From positions 70,296 through 134,295 of the forward strand of contig CAVZKG010000004.1 in assembly GCA_963775805.1 (NCBI GenBank): a DNA stretch of 64,000 nt. The letters are read 5' to 3'. A model generated the notes under the pieces. That model saw nothing but the letters and a program-made list of their open reading frames with translations. It did no database searches and was not told the origin of the DNA. Source of the DNA: an uncultured Verrucomicrobiae bacterium. Its GTDB lineage: Bacteria > Verrucomicrobiota > Verrucomicrobiia > Chthoniobacterales > JAFAMB01. This document shows positions 1-11,700 of this stretch, one piece after another (position 1 is the stretch's first letter; each line of letters starts with the position of its first letter). The position numbers and the translations under genes are program-made.

Positions 1-1287
1 TTCTCGTTCGCTGGTTACTTTCACTTGCAGGCGATCCCAGGGGATGTGAGGGCTCGGCTGTCGGAAGTTTAGATGCTTTGGAATCTCCCGGTGTTCGAGA
101 GCTAGCACCACCTTGATTAATCCGCTGATGCCCGCTGCTGCTTCCAAGTGCCCGACATTGGTCTTTACGGAGCCGATCATTAGTGGCTGCGCGCCCTCTC
201 GACCCGGCCCGAAGACGGCGTTAAGCGCTTGCACTTCGATTGGGTCGCCAAGAGAAGTCCCTGTGCCGTGAGCTTCGACATAGCTGACTTGCTCGGGAGT
301 TACCCGCGCATTGGCCAAGGCGTCACGGATCACCGATTGTTGGGCGGGGCCGTTCGGCGCAGTCAGTCCGCTGCTTGGACCATCCTGATTTACCGCCGAA
401 CCACGGATCAGAGCCAAGATGCGGTCGCCATCTTCCATTGCATCGGTCAATTGTTTTAGAACGATGACGCCGCAACCTTCGCCTCGGACAAACCCATCGG
501 CTGCAATATCAAACGTTTTGCACTTCCCGTCGGGCGCGAGCATCCGGGCACGCGATAACGCAGAAAAGACTTCGGGCGAAAGAATGACATTCACCCCGGC
601 CGCCAGGGCGATACGACATTCATTGTTCCGCAGCCCTTGGCAGGCAAGATGGACTGCAACGAGGGACGAGGAACAAGCTGTGTCGATTGACATGCTTGGC
701 CCTTGGAGGCCGAGGAAGTAAGATAGTCGCCCCGAAGCGATACTGCGTGCGATGCCGGAGGCGTAATACATATCGATTAGCGCCGGATCGCCCGCCTCCA
801 ACAGCAGCTGCGCGTAATCGCTGCCGCAGACACCGACATATACCCCTGTTCGGGTTTGTCCGAGCTTGGCGGGCGATTGGCCAGCATGCTCAAGGGCTTC
901 CCAGCTTACCTCGAGCAGCAGGCGTTGCTGCGGATCCATCGTCAGCGCCTCCCGAGGAGCGATGCCAAAAAATTGCGGCTCGAAGCGATCGATCCTCTCA
1001 AGGAACGCGCCATAACGCGTAGCGATCTTCCCTGGAGAATCGGGGTTCGGATCGTAGTACTCCTCGACATCCCAACGATCCGGTGGGATTTCGCGAATTC
1101 CACTACGTCCCTCACGCAGCAATCGCCAAAATTCGTCCGGCCCGGCCTCGCCTCCCGGAAAACGACATCCTACTCCGATAACCGCCAAAGGCGCGCTCCG
1201 CTGATCCTCGACGGCACCCAGCTTCGCCTGCAATTCTTCAATCGCAAGCAACGCGCGCTTCAATGGCGAGAGGTCAGTCGGTTTCAT
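1..1287 (-). CDS. Type I modular PKS, N-terminal part only (docking helix + ketosynthase); 3' end lies beyond the left window edge
   Basis: Absent from the ORF track because there is no stop in the window. My reverse-complement translation from the ATG at ~1287 gives MKPTDLSPLKRALLAIEELQAKLGAVEDQRSAPLAVIGVGCRFPGG...DTACSSSLVAVHLACQGL...VEAHGTGTSLGDPIE...SVKTNVGHLEAAAG. These are the KS Cys-His-His motifs. The + strand ORFs at 229-1452 are antisense artefacts. Confidence 0.9.
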   Translation of the reverse strand, partial: MKPTDLSPLKRALLAIEELQAKLGAVEDQRSAPLAVIGVGCRFPGGEAGPDEFWRLLREGRSGIREIPPDRWDVEEYYDPNPDSPGKIATRYGAFLERIDRFEPQFFGIAPREALTMDPQQRLLLEVSWEALEHAGQSPAKLGQTRTGVYVGVCGSDYAQLLLEAGDPALIDMYYASGIARSIASGRLSYFLGLQGPSMSIDTACSSSLVAVHLACQGLRNNECRIALAAGVNVILSPEVFSALSRARMLAPDGKCKTFDIAADGFVRGEGCGVIVLKQLTDAMEDGDRILALIRGSAVNQDGPSSGLTAPNGPAQQSVIRDALANARVTPEQVSYVEAHGTGTSLGDPIEVQALNAVFGPGREGAQPLMIGSVKTNVGHLEAAAGISGLIKVVLALEHREIPKHLNFRQPSPHIPWDRLQVKVTSERE

Positions 1288-1318
1288 GTTGGTCAGAAGA
1301 GACGTTTCAGCTGGCGAG

Positions 1319-4300
1319 CTATTTTTTGTCCAGTCGCTTCAGTAAAAGGTCTTCCACCTCCTCCTCAGTCAACGCTTCAATTTCCTGGGCTCGAGAACCC
1401 GACTGTTCATTTTGGCGCGGTTCCGCGGCGGGCTCTGTGCCCGTGCTGGTGAGTGACAGAGATTTCAAAAGAAAGTCGGAGATAGATTCGATCGTGGGGT
1501 AGTCAAACATCAACGTCGCTGGCAGTGCGCCCTTCAGGTCGATGCCCGTTTCGAGGAAGTTGCGCAATTCGACTGCCATTAAGGAATCCATGCCAAGATC
1601 CATCAACCGATCCCGAATCCCGGGACGGCGATCTGCGTCCACGCGGAGGACAGCCATTACCCGTGCCTGGACATATTCGATCATTCTCTCTTGTCGTTCG
1701 TCGGGAAGCGCTGACTCGAGGCGTTGCCGAAATTCACGAGCCGCTTCTGCAGAGTGAGAGAAGTTCGTATCAGGCGCCGGGGCCGAAGCCCGTTGGTTGA
1801 TTGGAGCGATCGGCGTGGATCCTATTTCAGCGGAGGATTGAGGTGTTCTCGCGAGAATCACATGCTGGCCGAAAACCTCTGCCGGCGAGTTTTCTTCTGG
1901 AAAAGCGGCTACTTCGTCAAATCCGCGGTCCGATAGAGCCCTCGTCCACCGTTCGCGGTCGAGAAGGGGGTGATCTCGGCGTAGGTCATCTTGAAAGTGT
2001 TCCCAGCCTTCAATAAGGCCCGTTGTTATGTCAAACCAAGCATGGTGGTGGGTTGCTTCGATCAGGAGCAAAAAGCCGCCAGGTGCCATGAGCCGGCGGA
2101 TTCGTCTCAATGCCGCGTCGAGGTCTCGAGCAGCATGAACGACGTTTGCCGCCACGATCACATCGAACGAGGCGGAAGCGAAGCCCTGAGCTTCGAGGTC
2201 CTTCTCTAAATCGAGCGCCGCAAAGCGGACGAACGAAAAGTCTGCAAAGCGCTCTTGGCCTCGAGACAAGAATAGTTCTGACACATCAGTGAACAGGTAT
2301 TCCGTCTGATCCGGGTCCAGCAAAGGCAGGAGCGTTGAGGATGTGGCGCCGGTGCCGGCGCCGATTTCCAGGATCCGCAAAGGCCGGGGTAGGTCGGATG
2401 CCAGCGATGCTGCTTCAACGGCTGCGGCTGCGATGGCATTCGCATAGCGGTTAATATTGGCGCCCGCATACAAGCGTTCGGCTAAAACAGAAGAGCCTCC
2501 GGGAAAGAGGGTCTCAAGTGCGCTCTCTTTGCCAGCCATTACGCCCGGGAGCTTTTCGGCGCAGTTACGGAGATACGCGAGCAAATCTGGATCGTCTGCG
2601 AGGAGTTGGTCCGCCTCTCGAGTACAGGAGGGCAAATCGAGGTCCGGCAACGCTTTTTCGCTTACGAATCCGCCAACCTCGGCCCGCAGCAATCCTGCCC
2701 CAGTCAGACGCATCATCCATCTGGTCAGTAGAGGTCCATACATCGATGGTATTCGGAACCTCTGAACAAGCGAATCCGCATCGTGCACCTCTCCGGGGCG
2801 GGTGAAAACGCCGAACGAACGTAAAATTTCGGTCGTATTCGCAACAGTCAGACGTTCGAGGCAGGCCCATTTCTCGGCATAGCTATCGACGTTTACTCCA
2901 ATTGGAGTCTGGGTCGATTGTCGGAGCGCCGCTCTGCGTACTGTTCGCCAGAGATTTGCCGGGTCTCTGCGCGTCCTCCTTACCTGGCGGTCTTCTGCTT
3001 CGATCCAATAACGACGTCGCTGAAAAGGGTAGGTTGGCAAAGCCAGGCGTGTCCGGACATAATCACGATCAAATTCCGCCCAGTCGATTTCAGCGCCTGC
3101 AAGATAGAGCACTCGGAGGGATTCGAGCATTTGTAGCCAGTCTCCGCGCCCCGAACGAAGGGAAGGCAGGAATAAGAATTGATCTTTATGCAGTATATGT
3201 CGCGCCATACCCAGCAGGACTGGGTTCGGGCCGATTTCTACGAACGCTTTGACGCCAAGCGTCTCGGCCGCGCGAATGGCGCCTAAAAACTGCACGGGCT
3301 CTCGAATATGGCGGCGCCAGTATTCAGGCCGTCCAATGTTCGGCGCGTCTATTTGTACACCTGTTAGGTTCGAAATAAACCCGATCTCTAAATCCCGATA
3401 GGTCATTCTCGATGCCGCAGCTTCGAATGCATCCAAAATCGGCTCCATGAGCGGCGAATGAAACGCATGAGAAACCTCAAGATCCTTGCTCCGAATTCCC
3501 TGTTCGGTAATTCGTTTCCGTACGGTCTCGACCTGAATTGCGTCGCCTGAAATAACCACGAGATCGGGACCATTGATCGCCGCGACAGAAACTGAATTTG
3601 CGTCTGAAATCGCGGCCTGTACGATCTCCAACCTTGCGAATACAGCCACCATCCGGCCCCGGCTTGAGAGGGATTGCATCAGTCGGCCGCGTTCGGCTAT
3701 GAGTCTTAAACCATCTTCCAGGCTAAAGGCGCCCGCTACGCATGCCGCAACGTATTCCCCGAGGCTGTGACCTAACACGACCGCCGGCTGTATCCCCCAC
3801 GAGCGCCACAATTCCGCCAATGCGTATTCGATTGCAAACAATGCGGGCTGACCCAACGCGGTATTGTTGATCCCGTCAGTGGACCCGCCGGCTGGATAGA
3901 GTATCGAAAGCAACGGTCTTTCAAGAATTGTGCGAAGTAGTTCATCGCACCGGTCAATAGACCGCTTAAAGGTGGGCGATGTTTCGTACAACTCTCGCGC
4001 CATACCCGTGTATTGGGCACCTTGACCCGTAAAAAGGAAGGCTACGGGCGCAGGCGACAGACTCGTGGCCAGCGTATCAGTTCCGTCCACGTTCGCAGGC
4101 GCCTCGTCTCCTGCAAATTCGATCAAATGGCTCCGAAACTGATCTCTCCTTTCGCCAACAATCGCCATCCGCTGTGAGAAATGGGAACGGCCCGAGTTCG
4201 CGGTAAAGCAGACGTCTGCGATATGACTGGTGTCCGCCGTCTCAATACGGTTCGCGACGTTCGTTGAAAGCTGCCTCAACGCTTCAGCGTTTCTGGCGGA

Positions 4301-5743
4301 AAGAGCGAGAATGTGAACTGGTCGATCTTGCTCAGCACGGTGGTTTGTGACTGTCGGAGCCTCTTCGACGATTAGATGAGCGTTCGTGCCACTGAAACCG
4401 AAAGAGCTTATGGCGGCCATGCGTTTCGCATTGACAGGTTCCCAAGGTGTCAACTCCGTTGGGACTGCGATTGCCTCATGATCCCAGTCGATGAATGGGT
4501 TCTTTTTCGTCAAATGAAGATGTGGCGGGATCTCCTTCCGCCTGAGTGCAACTATCACTTTGAGAAGGCCGGCCACCCCAGCTGCGGCCTCCAGATGACC
4601 GATATTTGTCTTGATCGATCCAACCGAAAGCAGACTGTCCGGCGTCCGTCCCTTACACAGGGCTGCGCAAGCGGCGCGTACTTCTATCGGATCACCAAGG
4701 GACGTTCCTGTCCCGTGGGCTTCCAGGTAGCTAATTTCGCCAGGTGCGATTCCAGCCAGGGCCAGTGCCTGGCGGATAACGGCCTCCTGTGCCGGACCGT
4801 TGGGGGCGGTCAGGCCGCCGCTTCGACCATCCTGGTTGACGGCTGATCCTCGAATGACGGCAAGAATCCGGTTTCCCTCGGTCAGTGCGGCTGACAACGG
4901 TTTCAAGACAACGACTCCGCAGCCCTCACCTCTTACGTATCCGTCGGCCGTTGCGTCGAACGTTTTGCATCGACCATCGCGCGCGAGCATTCGCGACTTG
5001 GAGAAGTTAATATGCGCTTCAGGCGAAAGAATCAGATTCACTCCTCCAGCCAGAGCAAGACTGCATTCGCGGGATCGCAGACTTTGACAAGCGAGGTGCA
5101 CCGCCACCAGTGACGCTGAACAAGCCGTGTCGATCGCCATCGATGGACCATGGGTTCCAAGAAAATAAGAGAGCCGCCCTGCTGCGACGCTGTAGGAATT
5201 TCCGAGCGCTGAGTATGCATCGATTCGTTCCTGATCGCGATAAACCATTCGCCAGTAATCGCTGTTGCCGATCCCTACGAAAACGCCGGTTTGACTGCCA
5301 CGAAGCGACGCAGGTGCGATCGCCGCATTTTCCAGCGCCTCCCACGCGCTTTCCATCAGCAACCGATGCTGTGGATCCATGCTAATCGCCTCACGTGGAG
5401 AGATGCCAAAGAACTCCGCATCAAATTGGTCGACGTCGGTTAAGACTGCGCCGTGGCGCGCGTTCATCTTGCCGGGTTTATCCGGATCAGCATCGAAATA
5501 CGCTTCAACATCCCATCGGTCGTTTGGGATTTCTGTAATCGTGTCGATACCGCGTGAGAGTATTTGCCAGAGCGACTCTTCATCGCGGGCACCTCCCGGC
5601 AGCCGAAGCCCCATACCAACAATTGCGATGGGTTGATTCTGGCGATGCTCGCTTTCGTCGAGCCTAGCACGGAGCTCGCGCAGCTCCAAAATGGCGCGTT
5701 TGAGTGGGGATAGCTGGTCCTGCGTATTGGCTGCGTTACTCAT
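1319..5743 (-). CDS. Type I modular PKS, KS-AT-MT-ACP (no reductive domains)
   Basis: ORF track 1319..5857. I place the start at Met39 (MSNAANTQDQLSPLKRAILELRELRARL, ~5743), which overlaps the upstream stop by a few nt. KS: DTACSASL / EAHGTGT / KTNIGHLE. AT: GHSLGE, Arg at +25, SHAFHS (malonyl-type). SAM-MT: LEIGAGTGATSS...ANVVHAARD. ACP: LGMDSLMAVEL. Acidic C-terminal docking tail: EEEVEDLLLKRLDKK. Confidence 0.93.
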   Translation of the reverse strand: MSNAANTQDQLSPLKRAILELRELRARLDESEHRQNQPIAIVGMGLRLPGGARDEESLWQILSRGIDTITEIPNDRWDVEAYFDADPDKPGKMNARHGAVLTDVDQFDAEFFGISPREAISMDPQHRLLMESAWEALENAAIAPASLRGSQTGVFVGIGNSDYWRMVYRDQERIDAYSALGNSYSVAAGRLSYFLGTHGPSMAIDTACSASLVAVHLACQSLRSRECSLALAGGVNLILSPEAHINFSKSRMLARDGRCKTFDATADGYVRGEGCGVVVLKPLSAALTEGNRILAVIRGSAVNQDGRSGGLTAPNGPAQEAVIRQALALAGIAPGEISYLEAHGTGTSLGDPIEVRAACAALCKGRTPDSLLSVGSIKTNIGHLEAAAGVAGLLKVIVALRRKEIPPHLHLTKKNPFIDWDHEAIAVPTELTPWEPVNAKRMAAISSFGFSGTNAHLIVEEAPTVTNHRAEQDRPVHILALSARNAEALRQLSTNVANRIETADTSHIADVCFTANSGRSHFSQRMAIVGERRDQFRSHLIEFAGDEAPANVDGTDTLATSLSPAPVAFLFTGQGAQYTGMARELYETSPTFKRSIDRCDELLRTILERPLLSILYPAGGSTDGINNTALGQPALFAIEYALAELWRSWGIQPAVVLGHSLGEYVAACVAGAFSLEDGLRLIAERGRLMQSLSSRGRMVAVFARLEIVQAAISDANSVSVAAINGPDLVVISGDAIQVETVRKRITEQGIRSKDLEVSHAFHSPLMEPILDAFEAAASRMTYRDLEIGFISNLTGVQIDAPNIGRPEYWRRHIREPVQFLGAIRAAETLGVKAFVEIGPNPVLLGMARHILHKDQFLFLPSLRSGRGDWLQMLESLRVLYLAGAEIDWAEFDRDYVRTRLALPTYPFQRRRYWIEAEDRQVRRTRRDPANLWRTVRRAALRQSTQTPIGVNVDSYAEKWACLERLTVANTTEILRSFGVFTRPGEVHDADSLVQRFRIPSMYGPLLTRWMMRLTGAGLLRAEVGGFVSEKALPDLDLPSCTREADQLLADDPDLLAYLRNCAEKLPGVMAGKESALETLFPGGSSVLAERLYAGANINRYANAIAAAAVEAASLASDLPRPLRILEIGAGTGATSSTLLPLLDPDQTEYLFTDVSELFLSRGQERFADFSFVRFAALDLEKDLEAQGFASASFDVIVAANVVHAARDLDAALRRIRRLMAPGGFLLLIEATHHHAWFDITTGLIEGWEHFQDDLRRDHPLLDRERWTRALSDRGFDEVAAFPEENSPAEVFGQHVILARTPQSSAEIGSTPIAPINQRASAPAPDTNFSHSAEAAREFRQRLESALPDERQERMIEYVQARVMAVLRVDADRRPGIRDRLMDLGMDSLMAVELRNFLETGIDLKGALPATLMFDYPTIESISDFLLKSLSLTSTGTEPAAEPRQNEQSGSRAQEIEALTEEEVEDLLLKRLDKK
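1853..2905 (-). other. SAM-dependent methyltransferase domain in the KS-AT-MT-ACP module
   Basis: LRILEIGAGTGATSSTLLPLL ... YLFTDVS ... DVIVAANVVHAARDL ... GGFLLLIEA ... GWEHFQDDLRRDHPLL. It is clearly paralogous to the MT at 14491-15528. Confidence 0.75.
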
Positions 5744-8700
5744 GAGCGTCCAATTTTCCAGGGTGATCGAGCTCTGCCAGTAGGAGTGATTCTGCTTCAC
5801 TTTCGGACATCTCTTGGAGCCGCTTAAAATCGGGGTCGTCTGCGGGTCCTTCGCCATGCGTTGACGGCTGCGACGAGGGACCCAGATTCAAAACCGCTTT
5901 GGCGAGGTGACCGCAAAGCAAATCGATAGTCGGAAAGTCGAAAAGAACTGTCGGCGACAAGGAACAGTCCAAGGCACTCGCAAGCGTATTACGCAACTCG
6001 ACTGACATGAGCGAGTCGAGACCCAATTCATGCAGCGGACGATGCCTGTCGATCGGCTTGCCTGAGGCAAATCCAAGGGCGCGTGCGACTTCTACTTTCA
6101 CAAAATCCCTCAATCGATCGAGGCGCCGTGCACGCGGCAGCGTGTTCAGCTCTTCAAGAAAATTCGGGCCCTTCCGTCGCAAATCGGAGGAGGATCGGTT
6201 TTCAAAAAAGTGTCCGAAGAGCGCGGCAGAACTCCCGTGCGGAAGCCTTCGGATATACGAATCCCAGTCCGCTTTGACAGCGACAACCTGAGTCATCCCA
6301 AGTGTCAGAACTCGTTCCAGCGCCGCAATTCCTTCGGGAATCGCGATGGGCCGGAAGCCAAGCGCCACCAGCCGATCGCTCTGCTTGGAGCTGAGAGCTG
6401 ATGCCATCCCTGCACCGGCCCATACGCCCCAATTGACAGTCGTTGCCGGCAATCCCTTTTGATGCCGATAGTGAGCCAACGCGTCTAAAAAAGCATTCCC
6501 ACTCGCGTAGTGACTTTGTCCAGATGATCCGAGGACGGAGGCTGCCGACGACAGCAGAATGAAAGCGGCAAGCTGGTCGTGCAACGTCGCTTTGTGCAAA
6601 TTCCAGGCGCCATCTATTTTTGGTTTCATTACCGCGCGATAACGGGACCAATCCAATTGCACGATCGTACCGTCGTCTAGAACGCCAGCAGCATGAATGA
6701 CTCCGCGCAACGGCCCAAGCCGGCTTCGAACTTGATCGAGCACTTCTCGCAATTGCTCCTCCTCACACACGTCGGCGTGAAACGTCTCGACCAAACAGTC
6801 GTCTTTACGAAACAGCTCCAAATGTCCAAGCGCACGGGCATCAGGCGGATGTCGGTTGATGAGTGCCAACCGTTTCACACCATGCGCAATAAGCCATTTA
6901 GCAAGCTCCAGTCCTAGTCCGCCGAGTCCCCCGGTGATGACCCATGTTCCGTCTGTCTGCTGGCTCGAAAAAGGTAGGGCGTCGGTTCGTTCCTCCACTG
7001 CGAGCCGAATCACAATCTTACCCGTATGTCGGCCTTGGGCCATGTGCCGGAAGGCGAGATCGATCTGGTCTGAGGTGAAAAACTCAGTGGGTAAGGCTCC
7101 CACCTGCCCGGTTTCAATCATTGTTTTGAACTTTGAAAACAGCGATCGGATTAACTCGGGATTTTGTTTCGATACGTCGGCCAAATCGAAGGCTGCGTAA
7201 GATATCCCTGGATATTGCTCTGCAATTTCCACAGGAGTCAGCAATTCGCGCTTACCCAGCTCGATGAAGCAACCTCCAGGGCGGACCAATTTCAGGCTTC
7301 GCTTCGCGAACTCACCCGTGAGCGAATTCAGGACAACATCGATTCCGCGGTCCCCGACCAAACTGCGGATGCTATCCGCAAAATCGACGGTGCGCGAATC
7401 GAATACATGCCGCACTCCCCAGGATTTGAGCAATGCCCGTTTTTCGGGGCTGCCCGCTGTTGCGAAGACTTCCGCGCCAGCCAGTTTTGCCAATTGAACG
7501 GCCGCTAACCCCACGCCGCCCGCGGCTGCATGGATGAGTACATTCTCTCCTTTTCGCAAAGAAGCGACCTCATCAAATGCGTACAACACAGTCAAAAAAG
7601 CGACTGGTAGTCCGGCGGCCTGTTCAAGGGCAACGGTTTCCGGCCTATGAATAATTAAATCCGTGGAAACGGTAACGAAAGAGGCGAAGCCGCCCAGTGC
7701 GAAGGCGATGACTTCGTCGCCGATTTGGAATCGTGTCACGCCTTTTCCGATCGAAACGACCCGCCCTGAGCATTCACCACCCAATCGTTCTTCGCGGTTT
7801 GGCACAACCTTCAACGCGGTCAGCACGTCGCGGAAATTCAAACCTGCACAGGTAACTTGGATTTCTACTTCGCCTTTAGAGGGCATTCGCCGCTCCAGGG
7901 ATCGCCACTGCAGTTCCTCCAGGAGGCCGCTGTCGGCCATCTGAAGAGCGACTGACCGATTTGACTTATCAACCCGTGCGGGTCCGGGCCACTCATCGAG
8001 CCTGCAAAGTCTCGCGACGAAACGGCGGCCGTTCCTGAAGGCGACGCGATTATCATTTCCCATTGTCGAGGAGACCAACTCATCCAGCAATTGATCCACG
8101 TCCGTTTGTATGCCCGCTTGCGGAGTATCCAGATCAACATTTGTGCATCGGAATTCGGGGTGCTCCAACCCGATGGATTGTCCGAGGCCCCAAACCGGGG
8201 CTTGGGTTGGCTCAATCACTAACTCCTCTGCTTCTATGGCCGTTGCAGAGCGCGTGATGAGCCAGAGGCGAGGCGCATTCCGGTCGTGCTCCGCAGCCAA
8301 CGCCTGAACCAGGTGCAACACGCTTCCACAGGACAGAAGTTGATCCACTGTGAGAGAATCATTATTAGAAAGTTCCGCCGATTGCTGGTCCGAAGCCCAG
8401 AAATGGATCACGTCGTGTATTGGCCATTGATCTGAGCGGCGAAGTGCATTTAGCAAGGTGCGGAATGCTTCCGGATCCTCGGGTGCCACTTCGAAACTCC
8501 GTTCCCCCGTCTGACGGAAACCGTTCCCCGGCCATACGACGACGCATTCGGCGCCGAGACGTTCTGCGCTTTCAACAAACGTGCGTGATCGATTGCCGAG
8601 ATCACAAAAAACAAGATAGCGTCCGCGGATATCACTGGTTTTAGTCCTTTCCGTTGCCGCCAGCGGTCGCTCTTCCCAACGGATCTCATGGAGCCAGTCC

Positions 8701-11700
8701 TTGCCGAGAGTCTGACTAGGTTTCCCAAGTTGACCAATTTTAGTGCGTTGGAGCCGAAGACCGGCCACGGCACCCACTAATTCCCCTGAATCGTCAAACA
8801 TCCAAAGGTCAACAACAATGATTTGATCCGATGTTTGGTCGCGCAGACGGGCAAAAGACCAGCGGACCCCTTCAAAACGGCCAGAGATCCAAAGCCGGTC
8901 GATTGCCCTTGGAATATAGGCTGCCGGGCGATTATCTTCGGCCGGTTCGCTCGGAAACACCGCAGCGGTTGCTTGCAAACAGGCATCGAGTGTTTCGGGT
9001 TGAACCGCGTGATCGTCGAGAGCCGGTCGAATATGTGTAGTGATGCGAGCCAGTCCTGATCGTTCACCTCGCCAGAGAGCCTCAATTCCACGAAAAAGAG
9101 GACCAAACTCGATTCCGCGCTTTCGCATCTCTTCGTAGTGCGATTCGACATTCAGAGCCTCGTAACAAGCCGCTTGGGCAGTTTCGAGTGTCATAGGCTC
9201 TGATACGGTGTGAGACAAATGGTCAAACGAAGAGATGTCCCGAATCAACCCTTCCGAATGCAGCGTCCATACATCAGGCGTTTCGCTCGGGCGCGAAGGC
9301 GCTGAGAACAGGCGAAATGACCTGCTGCCTACTGTACCCGGTTCAATGCCAAGTTGAAGGGAACGCGATTCATTGTCCGGGATACTGATTGGCTGATCAA
9401 TCGCGACGCCCTCTAAAAGAAAGATTTCGATAGGCAGGCGCACAGGTGTTGCAAGGCCGCGTTGGTACATCCGTTCTCGTGCCGCTGTCGTGAGTGCGAG
9501 GTCGATTATCGCGGCGGCTGGAACAACTGCTCCGCCTTGAAGGCGGTGCTCATCAATAAAGGGCTCGCTCGAAGAGATCTCGCAGCTGGCGATGATTCCC
9601 GCGTGAAAAGGGGAATGCGAAATACGCCCGGGCCATGCTGTGCCAGTGGAGGGTGGGTTTTTGGTTCTTGCGATTGACTCGCGAGACGGGGTAAACCAGT
9701 GCCGTTCCCGCTGCCAGGGATAGGATGGCAGAGAGACGCTCGCTCCCCCTGCGCGATACAGAGATTTCCATTCGATCGATTTTCCCAGCGAAAATAAGGA
9801 GGCCAACGAATTGAGAAGCGAAGTACGTTCGTCCTGACCGCGACGCATCGAAGCCAACACAGCGCCATTCTTTCTGGACGCTTCGAGGCATTGAGTGAGC
9901 GCCCTCGACAAAACCGGATGCGGACTGAGCTCAACAAATGACGAAAAACCGGCATCGATGCTTGTTAGACAGGCTTTGGCGAATTGGACCTGGTCGCTGA
10001 CATTGCGCCGCCAATATTTTGCATCCAACTGATGCCCGAGAATTGTTGCTCCTGTAACCGTCGAATAGATAGCAGTGTTTCCCCCCACCGGTGTGATGTC
10101 GGACAAGGCCTCCTCCAGAGCTGCGGCGCAAGAATGCATCGCCGGTGTATGGAAAGCTCGATCAACTTTCAAACGGTGACTGTTAAAGCCACGCGAAGCT
10201 AGTTCCTGAAGGCAGGCGTCCAGCGCCTTCAACTCGCCCGACAGAGTGACGCTCTTTGGACTGTTGATTGCTGCGATAGCGACTTTGAATTGGTGCTGGG
10301 TGATGATTTCTTTCGCTGTATAAGCCGAAATATCGACCGCTGCCATTCCGCCTGTCGCCGCTGCGGCTTGCATTAATCGGCCTCGCAACACAGCGATCTT
10401 CGCGCCATCACGCAAATTGATAGCTCCGGCGACGTGCGCGGCTGCAATTTCACCAACGCTGTGCCCTATGACCGCGTATGGCGTAATTCCCCACGATCGC
10501 CAAAGGCTTGCGAGTGCGGTTTGGATGGCGAAAAGCACGGGTTGAAAATATTCGGTACTGTCCAGCCGTGAACGATCCGCGGGAAGTGCGAGTTCATCGA
10601 GCACCGACCAGCCGCTCACGGCTCGAAGAGCGGCGTCGCTCTCTTCGATTGTTTGGCGGAAAACTGGTTCACTCTCTAACAACGAACGTCCCATGCCGGG
10701 CCACTGCGAACCGTGCCCCGAAAAGACGAATGCCAATCGCCCGAATTCGTTGGATTGGTTCTCCCGATTTGTGGCTGCTTCCAAATAGCGTGAAATCCGT
10801 TCCGCTACTTCCTCTGCCGTCTCTCCCACGAATGCGGCACGATACGGATAATGCCAACGCCGGAGACTCGCGGTGTAACAAATATCTCTCAGCGACTTGT
10901 TCACTTCTGGCCGTTTGGCCATGAGAAGTTCTGAATAGTCGAGCGCGAGTTGCGCGAGACCCCGGTGGTCCCTGGCAGAAATAGGGAGTATCCACGGGCC
11001 GCGGTTTGGGTTCGTTGTCGAACCCCTTCGATTCGGCAATCGCGGCGGCTCTTCCAGGATAACGTGTGCATTGGTGCCACCGAATCCAAACGAACTCACT
11101 CCGGCAATTCGAGGCGCGGTTGAGATCGGCCAAGGAATCGCGTCGCTTCCAATCTCCAGGCATGTTCCTTCGAGCGAGATGAGAGGGTTGAGCGCCTTGA
11201 AATGCAGATGAGGCGGGATCATTTCGTGCCGCATGCAAAGTATAACCTTGATCAGACCAGCAATGCCTGAGGCGGCTTCCAGGTGCCCAAGATTTGTTTT
11301 GACCGAACCGACTCTGCAACTGCTCCCGTCCTGTCGCGGGTTTCCAATGACAGCCGCCAGCGCCTCGATTTCAATCGGGTCTCCGAGCGCGGTCCCGGTG
11401 CCGTGTGCCTCGACGTAGGTCAATTGATCGCCGGTTACGCGAGCATTGTTCAGCGCCTGGCGCAGCACCGCCTGCTGAGCGAGACCGTTTGGCGCCGTTA
11501 AAACCGCAGACCTTCCGTCCTGGTTTACCGCAGATCCACGGATTACCGCGTAAATGCGATCCCCATCCGATATCGCGTCTGCGAGCCGCTTCAATGTGAC
11601 GATTCCACAACCTTCGCCGCGCACGAAACCGTTTGCTGACGCGTCGAAGGTCTTGCATCGGCCATCCGGTGCTAACATCCCCCACTTGGAAAGCGACACA

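Noticed and set aside
229-1452. Several + strand ORFs (76-198 aa) at the left edge
   Set aside because: They lie antisense to a clear KS-domain reading frame on the minus strand (DTACSSS / EAHGTGT / KTNVGHLE). Their sequences are Arg/Pro-rich with no motifs, typical of shadow ORFs in GC-rich coding DNA. The same applies to the many 60-220-aa ORFs inside 1319-32300.
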